This document shows, piece after piece, positions 31,476-41,645 of a DNA stretch of 64,000 nt. Location: NCBI GenBank assembly GCA_031416075.1, contig JANOSY010000056.1, positions 1 through 64,000 on the forward strand, in the 5' to 3' direction. Made by a program: the position numbers and the translations under genes. Under the pieces are notes generated by a model. It saw only the letters and a list, made by a program, of their open reading frames with translations. It did no database searches and had not been told where the DNA came from. How positions within the stretch are numbered: position 1 is the first letter of the stretch; every line of letters begins with the position of its first letter. The DNA is from Candidatus Tenderia sp. GTDB lineage: Bacteria; Pseudomonadota; Gammaproteobacteria; Tenderiales; Tenderiaceae.

Positions 31476-32744
31476 TTATTTTTTGTGGCGGGTGATGGCC
31501 CAAGTGCCATCGCCATCCGGTGCGGCAGAGTGCTGAATGTTAACAAAGAGTGTGTGTGGATCCTTACCGAAGTAGATACCGGTCCCTTCAGCCTCAGGAT
31601 CGCTCAGGGAGCCAAACAGCCAGGTATGGTCTGCCGCACCATCTCCATTTTTATCCATACCTGCAACCCATATGTCAGAGGGGACATTGTCCTCAATGAT
31701 CATCAGCTTGCCATCAGGCGTTACTGCCAGATTGTCAGGGTTGTCAAAACCAGTCTGGAAGTTGGCATCGCCAGGTTTACCGATCTCAATCGGAACATTG
31801 ATACCAGGTTTGATGAAGTTGCTGACCATCATGGAAGAGAGGTCGATAGCCAATACACGGCCGTCATAACTCTCCTTGTCTGCCAGGAAGTCGCCCTCGG
31901 TAATGGCGGCATAAAGGGTATTGCCGATGATCTGTAGATCTTCCGGACGATTATAGCTGGCACCACCGGCCGTAGTGCCCGCCTGGCGTGCGGTGTAAGG
32001 GTCGATTGGTCCGACCCACTCACCCAAACCAGTACCATCGCTATTGCCAGTTACCTTTAGCACATAGAGCTTGCCGGAGCTGAGATCGCCGTAGCTGTTG
32101 GCTACAAACTTGTAGATGCCGCCGCCATACCCTTCCTTCTGGCCACGGAACTCATCGACGACATAGACCGCGCCATCGCTGCCGATTTGAATCCCCTCAT
32201 GAGCCAGCAGGCCCACGGCGGGACGTTCAGAGACGGTGCCGTACATTGGGTTTTGCTCGTCCAGCGTGATCTCGAAGAGGCGGCCATTGGTGGTCTCTTC
32301 CGCGAACAGCACGGTGCCCCATGGGGTCCAGACGATGCCGTCGAGGGCGGTCCAGGTGGCGTTCTGCGCCAGCACGCGGGCCGCGCCGGTCTTCAGGTCG
32401 ACCACGGAGACGGCGCCACCTTCAGGCACACCACGCACCTCGTGGGTGCGGTAGAGATAACGGCCAGCATGTTTGCCGGTTTCGTTGACGGTGTTCATGT
32501 CGTGCCAGTCATCACGGCCATTGTCATAGATGTTGAGGTTGGTCTCATTGGAGACGACGCTCTGGGTGAAGCCTTCAGGTAACTTCCATGGTGAAGCTGG
32601 ATTCCAGGCCGCAGCGCTGGCCGAAGCGTCGATGGGCTTGAAGCCGAACGGGCCGGTCTGGCTGCCCTTGTCGGCATGGGCGGAGGATACGGACAGGCAG
32701 AGGACAACGGCGCTGGTGACAGTGCTGAGTTTGAAACGGTTCAT
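31476..32744 (-). CDS. phoX: PhoX-like (DUF839) exported phosphatase, short variant
   Basis: RTHE, TPWGTVLFAEE, AHEG, DE..G..YKF, RPED, DNPDNL, IIED, AEGTG and LFVNIQH beta-propeller metal motifs. Sec-like signal ending AHA. Confidence 0.8.
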   Translation of the reverse strand: MNRFKLSTVTSAVVLCLSVSSAHADKGSQTGPFGFKPIDASASAAAWNPASPWKLPEGFTQSVVSNETNLNIYDNGRDDWHDMNTVNETGKHAGRYLYRTHEVRGVPEGGAVSVVDLKTGAARVLAQNATWTALDGIVWTPWGTVLFAEETTNGRLFEITLDEQNPMYGTVSERPAVGLLAHEGIQIGSDGAVYVVDEFRGQKEGYGGGIYKFVANSYGDLSSGKLYVLKVTGNSDGTGLGEWVGPIDPYTARQAGTTAGGASYNRPEDLQIIGNTLYAAITEGDFLADKESYDGRVLAIDLSSMMVSNFIKPGINVPIEIGKPGDANFQTGFDNPDNLAVTPDGKLMIIEDNVPSDIWVAGMDKNGDGAADHTWLFGSLSDPEAEGTGIYFGKDPHTLFVNIQHSAAPDGDGTWAITRHKK

Positions 32745-32796
32745 GTTCGAGTCTCCCGAAGGTTAAAGGTTCGAGCGCTGAGTATTGGCCGGTAAT

Positions 32797-32836
32797 GTTA
32801 ACCGGTAGTGAAAGAGCGGTGAAGATTTTGTGACAA
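32797..32836 (-). promoter_or_regulatory. Pho-box-like (PhoB/OmpR-family) tandem operator upstream of the phoX-like gene
   Basis: Minus strand TTGTCAC-AAAA-TCTTCAC-CGCT-CTTTCAC-TACC-GGTTAAC: heptamers at an 11-bp period resembling CTGTCAT. Confidence 0.6.
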
Positions 32837-32934
32837 AGGCGCGACGGAACCGATGGCTGTTTTCACGGTCCTTTTGTGCACGCCGCTTTGTTAGAATGGC
32901 GACAACAATATTAACCAGCAGACAGGAAAAAACC

Positions 32935-33909
32935 ATGGAACTCTCCACCACGCAACAGGCAGTGCAGACGCTTAAGCAGCAGATATCGCAACAGATCATC
33001 GGTCAAGAGGTGCTGGTAGAGCGGCTGCTGATTGCACTGCTCGCCAATGGTCATCTGTTGGTAGAAGGGGCGCCGGGGCTGGCCAAGACCCGCGCCATCA
33101 AGGCGTTGAGTATGGCGATTGAGGCGGATTTTCATCGTGTCCAGTTCACGCCTGACCTGCTGCCCGCCGACCTCACCGGCACCGACATCTTCCGGCCCCA
33201 GGACGGCTCGTTCCAGTTTCAGCGTGGCCCGCTGTTTCATAACCTGGTGCTGGCCGATGAGATCAACCGCGCCCCGGCCAAGGTACAGTCGGCGCTGCTG
33301 GAGGCGATGGCCGAACGTCAGATCACCGTTGGTGCTACCACCTACAGACTGCCCGAGCTGTTTCTGGTGATGGCGACCCAGAATCCTATTGAACAGGAGG
33401 GCACCTACCCACTGCCCGAGGCTCAGCTCGATCGCTTTCTGCTGCACGTCAACATCACCTACCCCTCGGCAGAGTCAGAGCGCGAGATTCTGCAACTGAC
33501 CCGGCGTGAAGCCGCATCCTCCCCCCCTAAAGCGGAGCCAGTACCGCGCCTGACACAGCAGACGCTGTTGCAGGCGCGTGATGAAGTGCTGCAACTCTAC
33601 ATGGGCGATAACCTGGAGCGTTATTTGATTGAGATCATCCTCGCCACCCGCAACCCCGCCCCCTACGGAGCGGAGCTGGTGGGCTGGGTACAGTGGGGGG
33701 GCAGTCCACGGGCCACCATCGCCCTGGACCGCTGCGCCCGGGCACATGCATGGCTGGCCGGGCGCGATTACGTGAGCCCCGAGGATATCCAGACCATGGC
33801 CTACGATGTACTGCGTCACCGGGTATTGTTAAGCTACGAGGCCGAGGCCGAAGGGATCACCCCAGACCGCTTTATTGAAACATTGCTAAACCGGGTGGCG
33901 GTGCCGTAG
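32935..33909 (+). CDS. moxR: MoxR-family AAA+ ATPase
   Basis: EGAPGLAKT, QFTPDLLPAD, LADEINRAPAKVQSALLEAM and ATQNPIEQEGTYPLPEAQLDRF. RBS AGGA. Confidence 0.95.
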   Translation: MELSTTQQAVQTLKQQISQQIIGQEVLVERLLIALLANGHLLVEGAPGLAKTRAIKALSMAIEADFHRVQFTPDLLPADLTGTDIFRPQDGSFQFQRGPLFHNLVLADEINRAPAKVQSALLEAMAERQITVGATTYRLPELFLVMATQNPIEQEGTYPLPEAQLDRFLLHVNITYPSAESEREILQLTRREAASSPPKAEPVPRLTQQTLLQARDEVLQLYMGDNLERYLIEIILATRNPAPYGAELVGWVQWGGSPRATIALDRCARAHAWLAGRDYVSPEDIQTMAYDVLRHRVLLSYEAEAEGITPDRFIETLLNRVAVP

Positions 33910-33998
33910 AGTCGCCGCTGCAGGGCATATATATAGAATAGAGAGCCGGTGGACCGGCCCAAATATAAAAAATAGATACAAAAATGCCAAAGGGGCAG

Positions 33999-34665
33999 AT
34001 GATGAACAACCCGCCAAAGGCTTATGTTGCCAGCATAGGCATGGTCACACCGTTGGGGTTTAACAGCGCCATGACTGCCGCCATACAGGCCGGGCAGAGT
34101 GGCTATGCCGCGTCTGACTATTACAACTATGTCGGAGCGGCGCTCACCCTCAGCCTGATCCCCAATGGATTTTTTGATGCACAAGAGTGCGAGATCGACA
34201 CAGGTGATTACTACAGCGCCCAATATGAGCGCACCATTAAACAGGCTGTTTTTTGCCCTGCAAGCGCTGTCCAAATCCCACCCCCTAAAAGAGCCAGTGC
34301 CCCTGATACTCGCACTGGCAGAGCCACAGAACGATGTCCGCCACATCGATCCCCTGCTGTTGATACACAACCTGCTCAGTCAGCCCAACCTGCCGACTGC
34401 CCGCGACAAGGTACGCCGCACCTACACCAGCAGGGCGGGTGGCATAGAGGGGCTCGATCTGGCGTTGTGCTATCTGCACGATGGCGGAGAAGATTACGTG
34501 TTGGTGGTGGGCAGCGACAGCCATCTGGGGGGCGCGGTTGAGCGACCTGGACAGACAGGGGCGGCTGCTGGCACCGGGGACGGCTTTGCCCCCGGCGAAG
34601 GGGCGGCCTTTTTACTGCTCACCCGCCACCCGGAGCAGGCGCTCTGCCGTGATGGCCAGTATTAA
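33999..34665 (+). pseudogene. Frameshifted, truncated thiolase/ketoacyl-synthase-like gene (PRK06147-like, T6SS adaptor-associated family)
   Basis: SIGMVTPLGFNSAMTAAIQAG in one frame, PLILALAEP...RAGG..GL...VLVVGSDS in a second, RLSDLDRQGRLL in a third, then DGFAPGEGAAFLLL. Two breaks fall near the T-run at 34249-34254 and the G-run at 34527-34532. Confidence 0.7.
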
Positions 34666-34761
34666 TAGGGTTGATTTGTTATAGGGTGGACTGGCGCTGT
34701 CTTTTGTGCCGCCCACATAACGGTTCTGTTTTGATGTGTATTGGTAAGAGAAAACTGTTTC

Positions 34762-35736
34762 ATGATGTGGTTGTTTGGTAAAAAACAGAAAACAGAGTCT
34801 GCTGTCGTGCCGCTGGAGCGGGATGTGGTGTCGGTGAGCGCCCCGTCGCTGATTGCGCTACGCCATGGCGCGGCGTCGTTAACGTTAAAACCGACCCGTA
34901 TTCGTGCCCAGCAGAGTGGTGGTTATCTGTCACCCTTTAAGGGGCGGGGCATGGAGTTTGAGGAGTCGCGCCCTTATACCCCCGGTGATGATGTGCGTAG
35001 CCTGGATTGGCGGGTGATGGCACGTAGCGGCAAGCCCCATACCAAGGTGTTTCGTGATGAGCGTGAGCGGATGGTACTGCTGTGGGTGGATCTGCGTCGA
35101 CCGATGTTTTTTGCCACACAGGGGGCATATAAGTCGGTACGGGCGGCACACGCGGCGGCGCTGTTGGGGTGGAGTGCGATTCAGCATGGCGACCGTATCG
35201 GTGCGCTGATTTTTTCTGAAGATGAACATCTGGAGTTGCGCCCTAAACGGGGTAAACAGGCGTTGTTACAGCTTTTTAAACGGATGGCGGATGCCCGTGT
35301 CTGGCATGTTGATCTGTCGCTGCCATTCCCACCGCCACCGGTGACTGCGTTGCAGCAGTCGCTGTTGCGGCTCAGGCGTGTGGCGCAGCCCGGCAGCCTA
35401 GTCTTTCTGTTGAGTGATTTTGGTGACATGGATGAGCAGGCTCGTGCACATCTTACCCAGCTGTCACGCCATTGTGATCTGGTGCTGGTATCGGTTTACG
35501 ATCCACTGGAGGCGGAGTTGCCACCACCGGGGCGCTATCGTGTCAGTGATGGTGAGCGGGTGGTGACGGTTGATACGACGTTTGACGCGGTATGCCAGGA
35601 GTATCGCCAGCGTTATCAGCGGCGACAGGCGGAGCTGCAGCAGTTTTGCCGTCGTCACGGTATCTATCTTTTGCCAATGAGTACGGCGGAGGATCCATTA
35701 ACGGTGTTGCAGCGTGGGCTGGGGGGGCGACTATGA
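34762..35736 (+). CDS. DUF58 family protein (MoxR partner)
   Basis: GRGMEFEESRPYTPGDDVRSLDWRV.AR...TKVF..ERE and LLSDF motifs. Confidence 0.93.
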   Translation: MMWLFGKKQKTESAVVPLERDVVSVSAPSLIALRHGAASLTLKPTRIRAQQSGGYLSPFKGRGMEFEESRPYTPGDDVRSLDWRVMARSGKPHTKVFRDERERMVLLWVDLRRPMFFATQGAYKSVRAAHAAALLGWSAIQHGDRIGALIFSEDEHLELRPKRGKQALLQLFKRMADARVWHVDLSLPFPPPPVTALQQSLLRLRRVAQPGSLVFLLSDFGDMDEQARAHLTQLSRHCDLVLVSVYDPLEAELPPPGRYRVSDGERVVTVDTTFDAVCQEYRQRYQRRQAELQQFCRRHGIYLLPMSTAEDPLTVLQRGLGGRL

Positions 35737-36185
35737 ACCCGGATCTGAGTCAGCTGCATGATATTCATCTGCCGACATCGGTCTCCTGGTGGCCGTTGGC
35801 ACCAGGGTGGTGGTTGTTACTGGCGCTGCTGTTGGTTGTGCTGCTGTTGGGTTTTGGGTTCTACCGTCGTTATCAGCGGCAGCGCTGGCGGCGTGAGGCG
35901 CTGATGCTGTTACGGCAGCTTCAGCAGCAGTCGCTGACACCAAAGATGTTGGTGGTTGAGTACTCCCAGTTGCTGCGGCGGGTGGCGATCAGCCGTTTTC
36001 CGCGTACCGAGGTGGCGGCCCTGACCGGTGAGCAGTGGCTTGTTTTTCTGGATCAGCAGATGAAGGTGCCAGGGTTCCAGCAGCAGGGGCGTATGTTGAT
36101 CACCGCCCCTTACAGCGCCACGGTGGAGGGTGATCTGGAAGAACTCAGTGTGCTGTGTGAACGCTGGATTGTGGGGGTGGCGTGA
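35733..36185 (+). CDS. DUF4381 family membrane protein
   Basis: L.DIHLP..VSWWPLAPGWW and A.LTGEQWL.FLD motifs; ATGA overlap with the DUF58 gene. Confidence 0.9.
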   Translation: MNPDLSQLHDIHLPTSVSWWPLAPGWWLLLALLLVVLLLGFGFYRRYQRQRWRREALMLLRQLQQQSLTPKMLVVEYSQLLRRVAISRFPRTEVAALTGEQWLVFLDQQMKVPGFQQQGRMLITAPYSATVEGDLEELSVLCERWIVGVA

Positions 36186-37171
36186 TGGTGGAATTTGTCT
36201 GGCCATGGCTGTTTGTGACCTTGCCGCTGCCCTGGTTGGTTCGCTGGTTTTTGCCCGCCGCTGCCACGGCAGAAGAGGCGGCGTTGCGTGTGCCACAACT
36301 GAATACGTTCACCTTGCCACAGCAGCAGACACTGCGCGGTGTGAGGAGGGGGCGTTGGCTGTTGTGGCTGGCGGCACTGGCCTGGCTGTTGCTGGTAGCG
36401 GCGGCGGCGCGTCCCGTCTGGTACGGTGCCCCCATGGAGTTGCCGGTGAGCGGGCGTGACCTGATGCTGGCGGTGGATCTTTCTGAAAGTATGCAGACGG
36501 AAGATTTTACTATTAATGGTAAACAGGTGAACCGTCTGATTGCCACTCAGGTGGTGGCCAGTGATTTTATTGAACGCAGGATCGGTGACCGTATTGGTCT
36601 GATCCTGTTTGGTACGCAACCCTATGTGCAGGTACCGCTGACCTTTGACCGGACCACCGTGCGTACGCTGCTGCGTGAGGGGGCCATTGGTCTGGCAGGA
36701 CCGGCAACTGCTATTGGTGATGCGATTGGTCTGGCGGTTAAACGGCTGCGGGATAATCCCCAAGGGGGACGTGTATTAATCCTGCTGACGGATGGTGCCA
36801 ATACGGCGGGGGAGATAGAGCCGATCCAGGCTGCACAGATGGCGGCTGAGCAGGGATTGAAGATCTATACCATTGGTATTGGTGCGGATGAGTTGGTGGT
36901 GCGTTCACTGTTTGGAACGCAACGGATCAATCCTTCCAGTGATCTGGATGAGAAGACATTGACGGCGATTGCCGATGCCACTGGCGGGCGTTATTTCCGC
37001 GCCCGTGACAGTGCGGAGCTGGAGCAGATCTACCAGATACTGGATGAGCTGGAGTCGGTGCAACAGGAGGCGCAGACCTTCAGGCCACAACAGGTGCTGT
37101 TTTACTGGCCATTGTCAGTGGCGCTGTTGTTGGCAGGGCTGGTGGCGCTGATAAAAGGGGTGCGGCGATGA
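36182..37171 (+). CDS. BatA-like VWA domain membrane protein
   Basis: F.WPW, MIDAS DLSESM, TAIGDAIG and LLTDGANTAG motifs. Confidence 0.92.
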   Translation: MMVEFVWPWLFVTLPLPWLVRWFLPAAATAEEAALRVPQLNTFTLPQQQTLRGVRRGRWLLWLAALAWLLLVAAAARPVWYGAPMELPVSGRDLMLAVDLSESMQTEDFTINGKQVNRLIATQVVASDFIERRIGDRIGLILFGTQPYVQVPLTFDRTTVRTLLREGAIGLAGPATAIGDAIGLAVKRLRDNPQGGRVLILLTDGANTAGEIEPIQAAQMAAEQGLKIYTIGIGADELVVRSLFGTQRINPSSDLDEKTLTAIADATGGRYFRARDSAELEQIYQILDELESVQQEAQTFRPQQVLFYWPLSVALLLAGLVALIKGVRR

Positions 37172-39033
37172 GCTTTTTGGGTGGCCTCCATTTCATCCGT
37201 CCCCTCTGGTTCTGGGCGCTGTTACCCCTCTGTCTATTGATGGTTTTACTCTGGCGTCAGCGCTTGGTGAGTCGTAGCTGGCGTGCGGTGGTTGATGCAC
37301 AGCTCCTACCCCATCTGCTGATGGGCAGTGGCAAGGTGCAGCGTCGCACATGGCCGTTGGTGTGGGTGATGTTTGCTGGTGTGCTGGCGATTGTGGCGCT
37401 GGCCGGACCGACGTGGCAGACGCTGGAACAGCCGGTATTTCGCCAGCAGTCAGGTTTGGTGGTATTGCTTGATCTGTCTCGCTCGATGGATGCGGCGGAT
37501 GTACGCCCGAGCCGTCTGGAGCGTGTGCGCCTGAAGCTGATTGATATTTTGAATCAGCGTAAAGAGGGGCAGACCGCACTGGTGGCCTATGCCGCCACCC
37601 CTTTTGTGGTGACACCGCTGACCAGTGATAATAAAACCATCATCAGTCAGCTGCCCAGTATGACCACCGATTTGATGCCCGCCCAGGGGTCGCGGCCTGA
37701 CCGCGCCATTGCTATTGCCTTGCAGTTACTGCAACAGGCAGGCATTGTCCGTGGCAGTGTGCTGCTGGTGACCGATGGTGTGGAGGGTGTTGCACCGCAA
37801 CAGTTAAATGATGCAACGGCGGCGCTGCGGGCGGCTGGCCATCGTCTGTTGGTATTGGGTGTGGGCACAGCGACAGGCGCACCAATACCGATGTTAAGTG
37901 TGGGTGGTTTTCTGACGGATGCCAGTGGTGCCATTGTTATCCCCAAACTGGGTGAGGCGAGTTTGAGTGCAACGGCCAGTGCAGGGGGTGGACTTTATCG
38001 TCAGCTGAGTGGTGATGATAGTGATATTAATGCCCTGTTGGCGCAGGTGGAGAGTGATACCAATCGTGAGCTGACAACACGGGTCTCAGAGATGATGAGT
38101 GATCAGTGGCAAGAGTCCGGTGTCTGGCTGCTGCTACCACTGCTGCTGTTAGTGCCGTTTGCATTCAGGCGTGGTTATCTGGCAGCGGTGGTCTTGGCGC
38201 TGGTGATTCTGCCGCAACCACAAACGGCCCATGCGTTTGAATGGAATAGCCTCTGGGCTAACAGTGACCAGCAGGGGGAGCGGGCGCTGAAAGCGGGTGA
38301 TGCAGCAAAAGCGGCGCAACTGTTTAAAAAGCCCGAGTGGCGTGGCGCCGCTGAGTATCGCGCCGGTGAGTATGAAAAGTCACTGCAGTCGTTGCAACAG
38401 GTGGAGAGTGCGGATGGTTATTACAACCGTGGCAACGCCCTGGCCAAGCTTGGCCGTCTACCCGAGGCCATCAATGCCTATGATGAGGCGCTTAAACGTA
38501 ACCCCAGTATGCAGGATGCAAAAGAGAATCGAGAGTTGGTCAAAAAACTGATGCAGCAGCAACAGCAGCAGGATAAAAAAAACGATCAGGGCAAGGATGA
38601 CCAATCACAGCAGCAGCCAGATAAACAGGATCGTGCCAACGAGGGGGACGATTCAAAACAGCCCTCTGAGGAGGGTGGCAAAAAGAGTGAACAGCCGGGC
38701 GAGGGGAAAGAGTCACCGCCGCAATCGGGAAAAGAGGGTGACGATAATAGCGAGTCACCACAGCGCAGTGATGCCAATCATTCCAAGTCTGATCAGCAGC
38801 CATCGGCGCCACAGCAGCAGGCAGAACAGGCGGGAGAGAGAGCTGATAAAAAACCGGAGCAGTCTGCGGCAAAACAGTCTCCACAACCGCAGCCGCAACT
38901 GAGCGAAGAGCAGCGTGCTAACGAGCAGTGGTTGCAGCGTATCCCCGATGATCCGGGTGGTTTGTGGCGGCGTAAATTTCTTTACCAGTATCAGCGGCAA
39001 CAGCAGCAGGGCAAGGAAGAGATAACATGGTGA
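37168..39033 (+). CDS. BatB/C-like VWA plus TPR protein with Gln-rich linker
   Basis: DLSRSM, PSRL.R, YNRGNALAKLG TPR, Q/D/E-rich tract and WLQRIPDDPGGLWRRKF. Confidence 0.9.
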   Translation: MSFLGGLHFIRPLWFWALLPLCLLMVLLWRQRLVSRSWRAVVDAQLLPHLLMGSGKVQRRTWPLVWVMFAGVLAIVALAGPTWQTLEQPVFRQQSGLVVLLDLSRSMDAADVRPSRLERVRLKLIDILNQRKEGQTALVAYAATPFVVTPLTSDNKTIISQLPSMTTDLMPAQGSRPDRAIAIALQLLQQAGIVRGSVLLVTDGVEGVAPQQLNDATAALRAAGHRLLVLGVGTATGAPIPMLSVGGFLTDASGAIVIPKLGEASLSATASAGGGLYRQLSGDDSDINALLAQVESDTNRELTTRVSEMMSDQWQESGVWLLLPLLLLVPFAFRRGYLAAVVLALVILPQPQTAHAFEWNSLWANSDQQGERALKAGDAAKAAQLFKKPEWRGAAEYRAGEYEKSLQSLQQVESADGYYNRGNALAKLGRLPEAINAYDEALKRNPSMQDAKENRELVKKLMQQQQQQDKKNDQGKDDQSQQQPDKQDRANEGDDSKQPSEEGGKKSEQPGEGKESPPQSGKEGDDNSESPQRSDANHSKSDQQPSAPQQQAEQAGERADKKPEQSAAKQSPQPQPQLSEEQRANEQWLQRIPDDPGGLWRRKFLYQYQRQQQQGKEEITW

Positions 39034-40769
39034 CGATAAAACAGATGCGTTACATGATTGTGGTATTGGTGCTGTTTACTGGTCAGAGCTGGGCTGCGGT
39101 GAGCGCCTTTGTTGACCGTAATCCAATAAGCATTAATGAGTCGCTGACGCTCACGATTGAGAGTGATAACGGTGGTGATAAACCCGATTTTTCAGTCCTG
39201 CAAAACGAATTTGAATTGATGGGGCAGAGCAGCAGTACCAGCTTGCAGATTATCAATGGTGCAGTCAGCCGTAAGCAGCAGTGGCAGATAAGATTGATGG
39301 CAAAACATGCCGGTGAAATTCAGATCCCGGCCTTTACTGTTGGCACAGAGCAGAGCCAGCCACTGTTATTAAATGTTGAGACAGCGGATGTGCAAAAAGT
39401 AGAGCAGAGCAGCGATCTTTTTATAGAGGTGAGTGCCACACCAAAAAAATCCTATGTACAAGAGCAGCTGATATATACAGTAAAACTCTATTTTGGTGTC
39501 AGCATGGCTGAAGGCAATACCCTCACAGAGCCAAAAGTGGCAGGTGGGGATGCCATTGTTGTTAAGCTTGGTGATAATCGTCAATACCAGACCACCATCA
39601 ACGGTCGGCGTTATGGTGTGATGGAGCAGCAGTACGCGCTCTATCCACAAAAAAGTGGCAGGCTCACCATTAAACCGCCGGTTTTTGATGGCAACGTGGT
39701 GGAGCAGGGGCGCAGTGGCGGCATTTTTTTTGATCCGTTTAATCAGACAACACGTCATGTACGTGTTAGTGCAAAAGAGATGAAGATCGATGTGCAACCG
39801 ATGCCCGCCGGAATCACTTCCCACTGGTTGCCAGCGCGTAGCGTGCAGCTGCTCGAGCAGTGGTCTGAAGATCCGCCCAACTTTATAGTGGGTGAGCCGA
39901 TCACCCGTACGCTGGCACTTATGGTTGATGGGCTGACCGCAGCGCAACTGCCTGATGTAGGTGGTAATCTGCCTGCGGGGCTGAAAAGTTATCCAGATCA
40001 ACCGCAGTTGACAGATACCACCGATGCAAAAGGTGTTACGGGTATGCGGCAACAAAAAATTGCCTTGATTCCAACGCAGCCGGGAACACTAACCCTGCCT
40101 GCCATTGAGCTGGCCTGGTGGAATGTTGAAAAGCAGCAGTTGGAGATTGCACGGCTGCCTGAACGTACTGTCACCGTGGCAGCAGGCAGTGGTACGGCTA
40201 CGCCAGTGCCAGAAAAGACAATCCCCCAGGCACAGGTAGTGGAGCATGAGGAAAAGAGTAGTACAAATCGATTAATGGATCTTGTTAGTACCACTCAGGG
40301 GGCAATGAACCCGCTTGGGTGGTGGCCGTGGTTATCGCTTGTTTTGGGACTTGCCTGGCTGATTACGTTGATAGCGTGGTGGCGACGGCGCACAGTGCCC
40401 CGGCAAGTGACAGCGGTTGCAGCAGCAGAGCAGCAGCAGTTACGCCCCCTTGAATTACAGTTAAAGCAGGCCTGCCAGAAAAACAGTGCAGTGCAAAGCA
40501 AAGCCGCATTGCTTGCATGGGCGAAGGTATATTGGCCACAGCAGTCAGTGGTGAGTCTGCCTGCTATTGCAAAGTTGAGTTCAACATCCCTGGCCGATGA
40601 GATTCTTTCCCTCGATCGGGCGCTCTACGCTGAAAGTGATGCGGAGTGGAAGGGAAATGTATTGTTGCAGGCGTTTGAGAAAAGCAGGGAGAAAAAATCT
40701 CGTCCAGCGAATAAACACAATGAGTCGCTGTTAAAACCACTTTATCCTGGAGAGAACTCAGCGGGTTAA
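39027..40769 (+). CDS. batD: BatD family protein
   Basis: Signal, A.VDRNPI, YVQEQL.Y, PQKSG.L.I, VGEPITRT, YPDQP, WWNV and a C-terminal TM. Confidence 0.9.
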   Translation: MVTIKQMRYMIVVLVLFTGQSWAAVSAFVDRNPISINESLTLTIESDNGGDKPDFSVLQNEFELMGQSSSTSLQIINGAVSRKQQWQIRLMAKHAGEIQIPAFTVGTEQSQPLLLNVETADVQKVEQSSDLFIEVSATPKKSYVQEQLIYTVKLYFGVSMAEGNTLTEPKVAGGDAIVVKLGDNRQYQTTINGRRYGVMEQQYALYPQKSGRLTIKPPVFDGNVVEQGRSGGIFFDPFNQTTRHVRVSAKEMKIDVQPMPAGITSHWLPARSVQLLEQWSEDPPNFIVGEPITRTLALMVDGLTAAQLPDVGGNLPAGLKSYPDQPQLTDTTDAKGVTGMRQQKIALIPTQPGTLTLPAIELAWWNVEKQQLEIARLPERTVTVAAGSGTATPVPEKTIPQAQVVEHEEKSSTNRLMDLVSTTQGAMNPLGWWPWLSLVLGLAWLITLIAWWRRRTVPRQVTAVAAAEQQQLRPLELQLKQACQKNSAVQSKAALLAWAKVYWPQQSVVSLPAIAKLSSTSLADEILSLDRALYAESDAEWKGNVLLQAFEKSREKKSRPANKHNESLLKPLYPGENSAG

Positions 40770-40794
40770 GGTTCGGGCAGAGTCCGGTTTTATA

Positions 40795-41052
40795 TTATTG
40801 GTCGGAACTGCCTGCCTGCTCAGGCAGAACAGGGTCGAACAGATCGCCAAATAGGCTATGCAGTACCAGTTTATGCTCCTCTCTTTTGGTGCTGCCCTTT
40901 GTCTCCTCCCACGGGACCATGTACAAAATTTGTGGTGCCTCTTTGTTGTCTTTGATGATGGTGGTATCAAGCTCCAGCGTATCGTCAGCATGAGTAAGCG
41001 AAGAGAATAAAAGGAACATTAATACAACAAGCGTATTGTTTAGTCTGTTCAT
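40795..41052 (-). CDS. Small exported protein, GltF/CglF-like
   Basis: Signal peptide ending THA; LELDTTIIKDNKEAPQILYMVPW; ATGA-coupled to the upstream TPR gene. Confidence 0.6.
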   Translation of the reverse strand: MNRLNNTLVVLMFLLFSSLTHADDTLELDTTIIKDNKEAPQILYMVPWEETKGSTKREEHKLVLHSLFGDLFDPVLPEQAGSSDQ

Positions 41053-41645
41053 GGTCTGTTCTTACTGAGTGTGGATTTAAGTTCTTCCAGCCAATTGGCA
41101 GTTGCCACATCTTTATGATCGGTAAGATCAAGGTAACGTTGATAGTGGGGAATGGCCTGTTTTATATCTTGGAGATAAGTATCATACAGCAGGGCAAGAT
41201 TGTAATGGGCGATAGCATAGTCATCTTTTTGCATAATTGCCTGGGTATAAAATTTTTCTGCCTGACGAATATTTCCTTTTTTTATCTCAATCAAACCGAG
41301 CAGGTTAAGCGTCTGCGGAAATGTGGGATCTTTGTCCAGAGCAGTGTTTAGTAGTTTCTCGGACTCCTCCACCTTGCCCCGTTTTAACTGCATGATCCCC
41401 AGATTGACCCAGACGCCTGTAATGGCGCTATTTTTTTTGGTCAATGACTGGAAAATCTTCTCCGCCTTATCCGGCTCGTTACTGTTTAGATGGGTAATGG
41501 CCTGCTGATAAAGAACACTATCGTCACTCCGGCTGCCATCACTCGACCCAGGCAGCGAATCGTTGCGATTTTGTGCACTGCAGGCAAATAGCAGTATCAG
41601 AGAGCAGGCCAATAGCCATCTAGTGCAATAGGTCAACATAGTCAT
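41049..41645 (-). CDS. TPR lipoprotein (GltE-like)
   Basis: Lipobox LLFAC; consecutive TPRs (WVNLG, LNLLG, AHYNLALLYD.YL...A..HYQRYL). Confidence 0.8.
   Translation of the reverse strand: MTMLTYCTRWLLACSLILLFACSAQNRNDSLPGSSDGSRSDDSVLYQQAITHLNSNEPDKAEKIFQSLTKKNSAITGVWVNLGIMQLKRGKVEESEKLLNTALDKDPTFPQTLNLLGLIEIKKGNIRQAEKFYTQAIMQKDDYAIAHYNLALLYDTYLQDIKQAIPHYQRYLDLTDHKDVATANWLEELKSTLSKNRP

Noticed and set aside
34236-34254. TTAAACAGGCTGTT resembling the IS5 end
   Set aside because: It lacks the following GAAAA, lies in coding-like sequence and has no partner end; probably chance.
38550-38920. CAG-rich low-complexity tract
   Set aside because: This is the ordinary Gln/Asp/Glu-rich linker of BatB/C-type proteins, not a tandem-repeat array.
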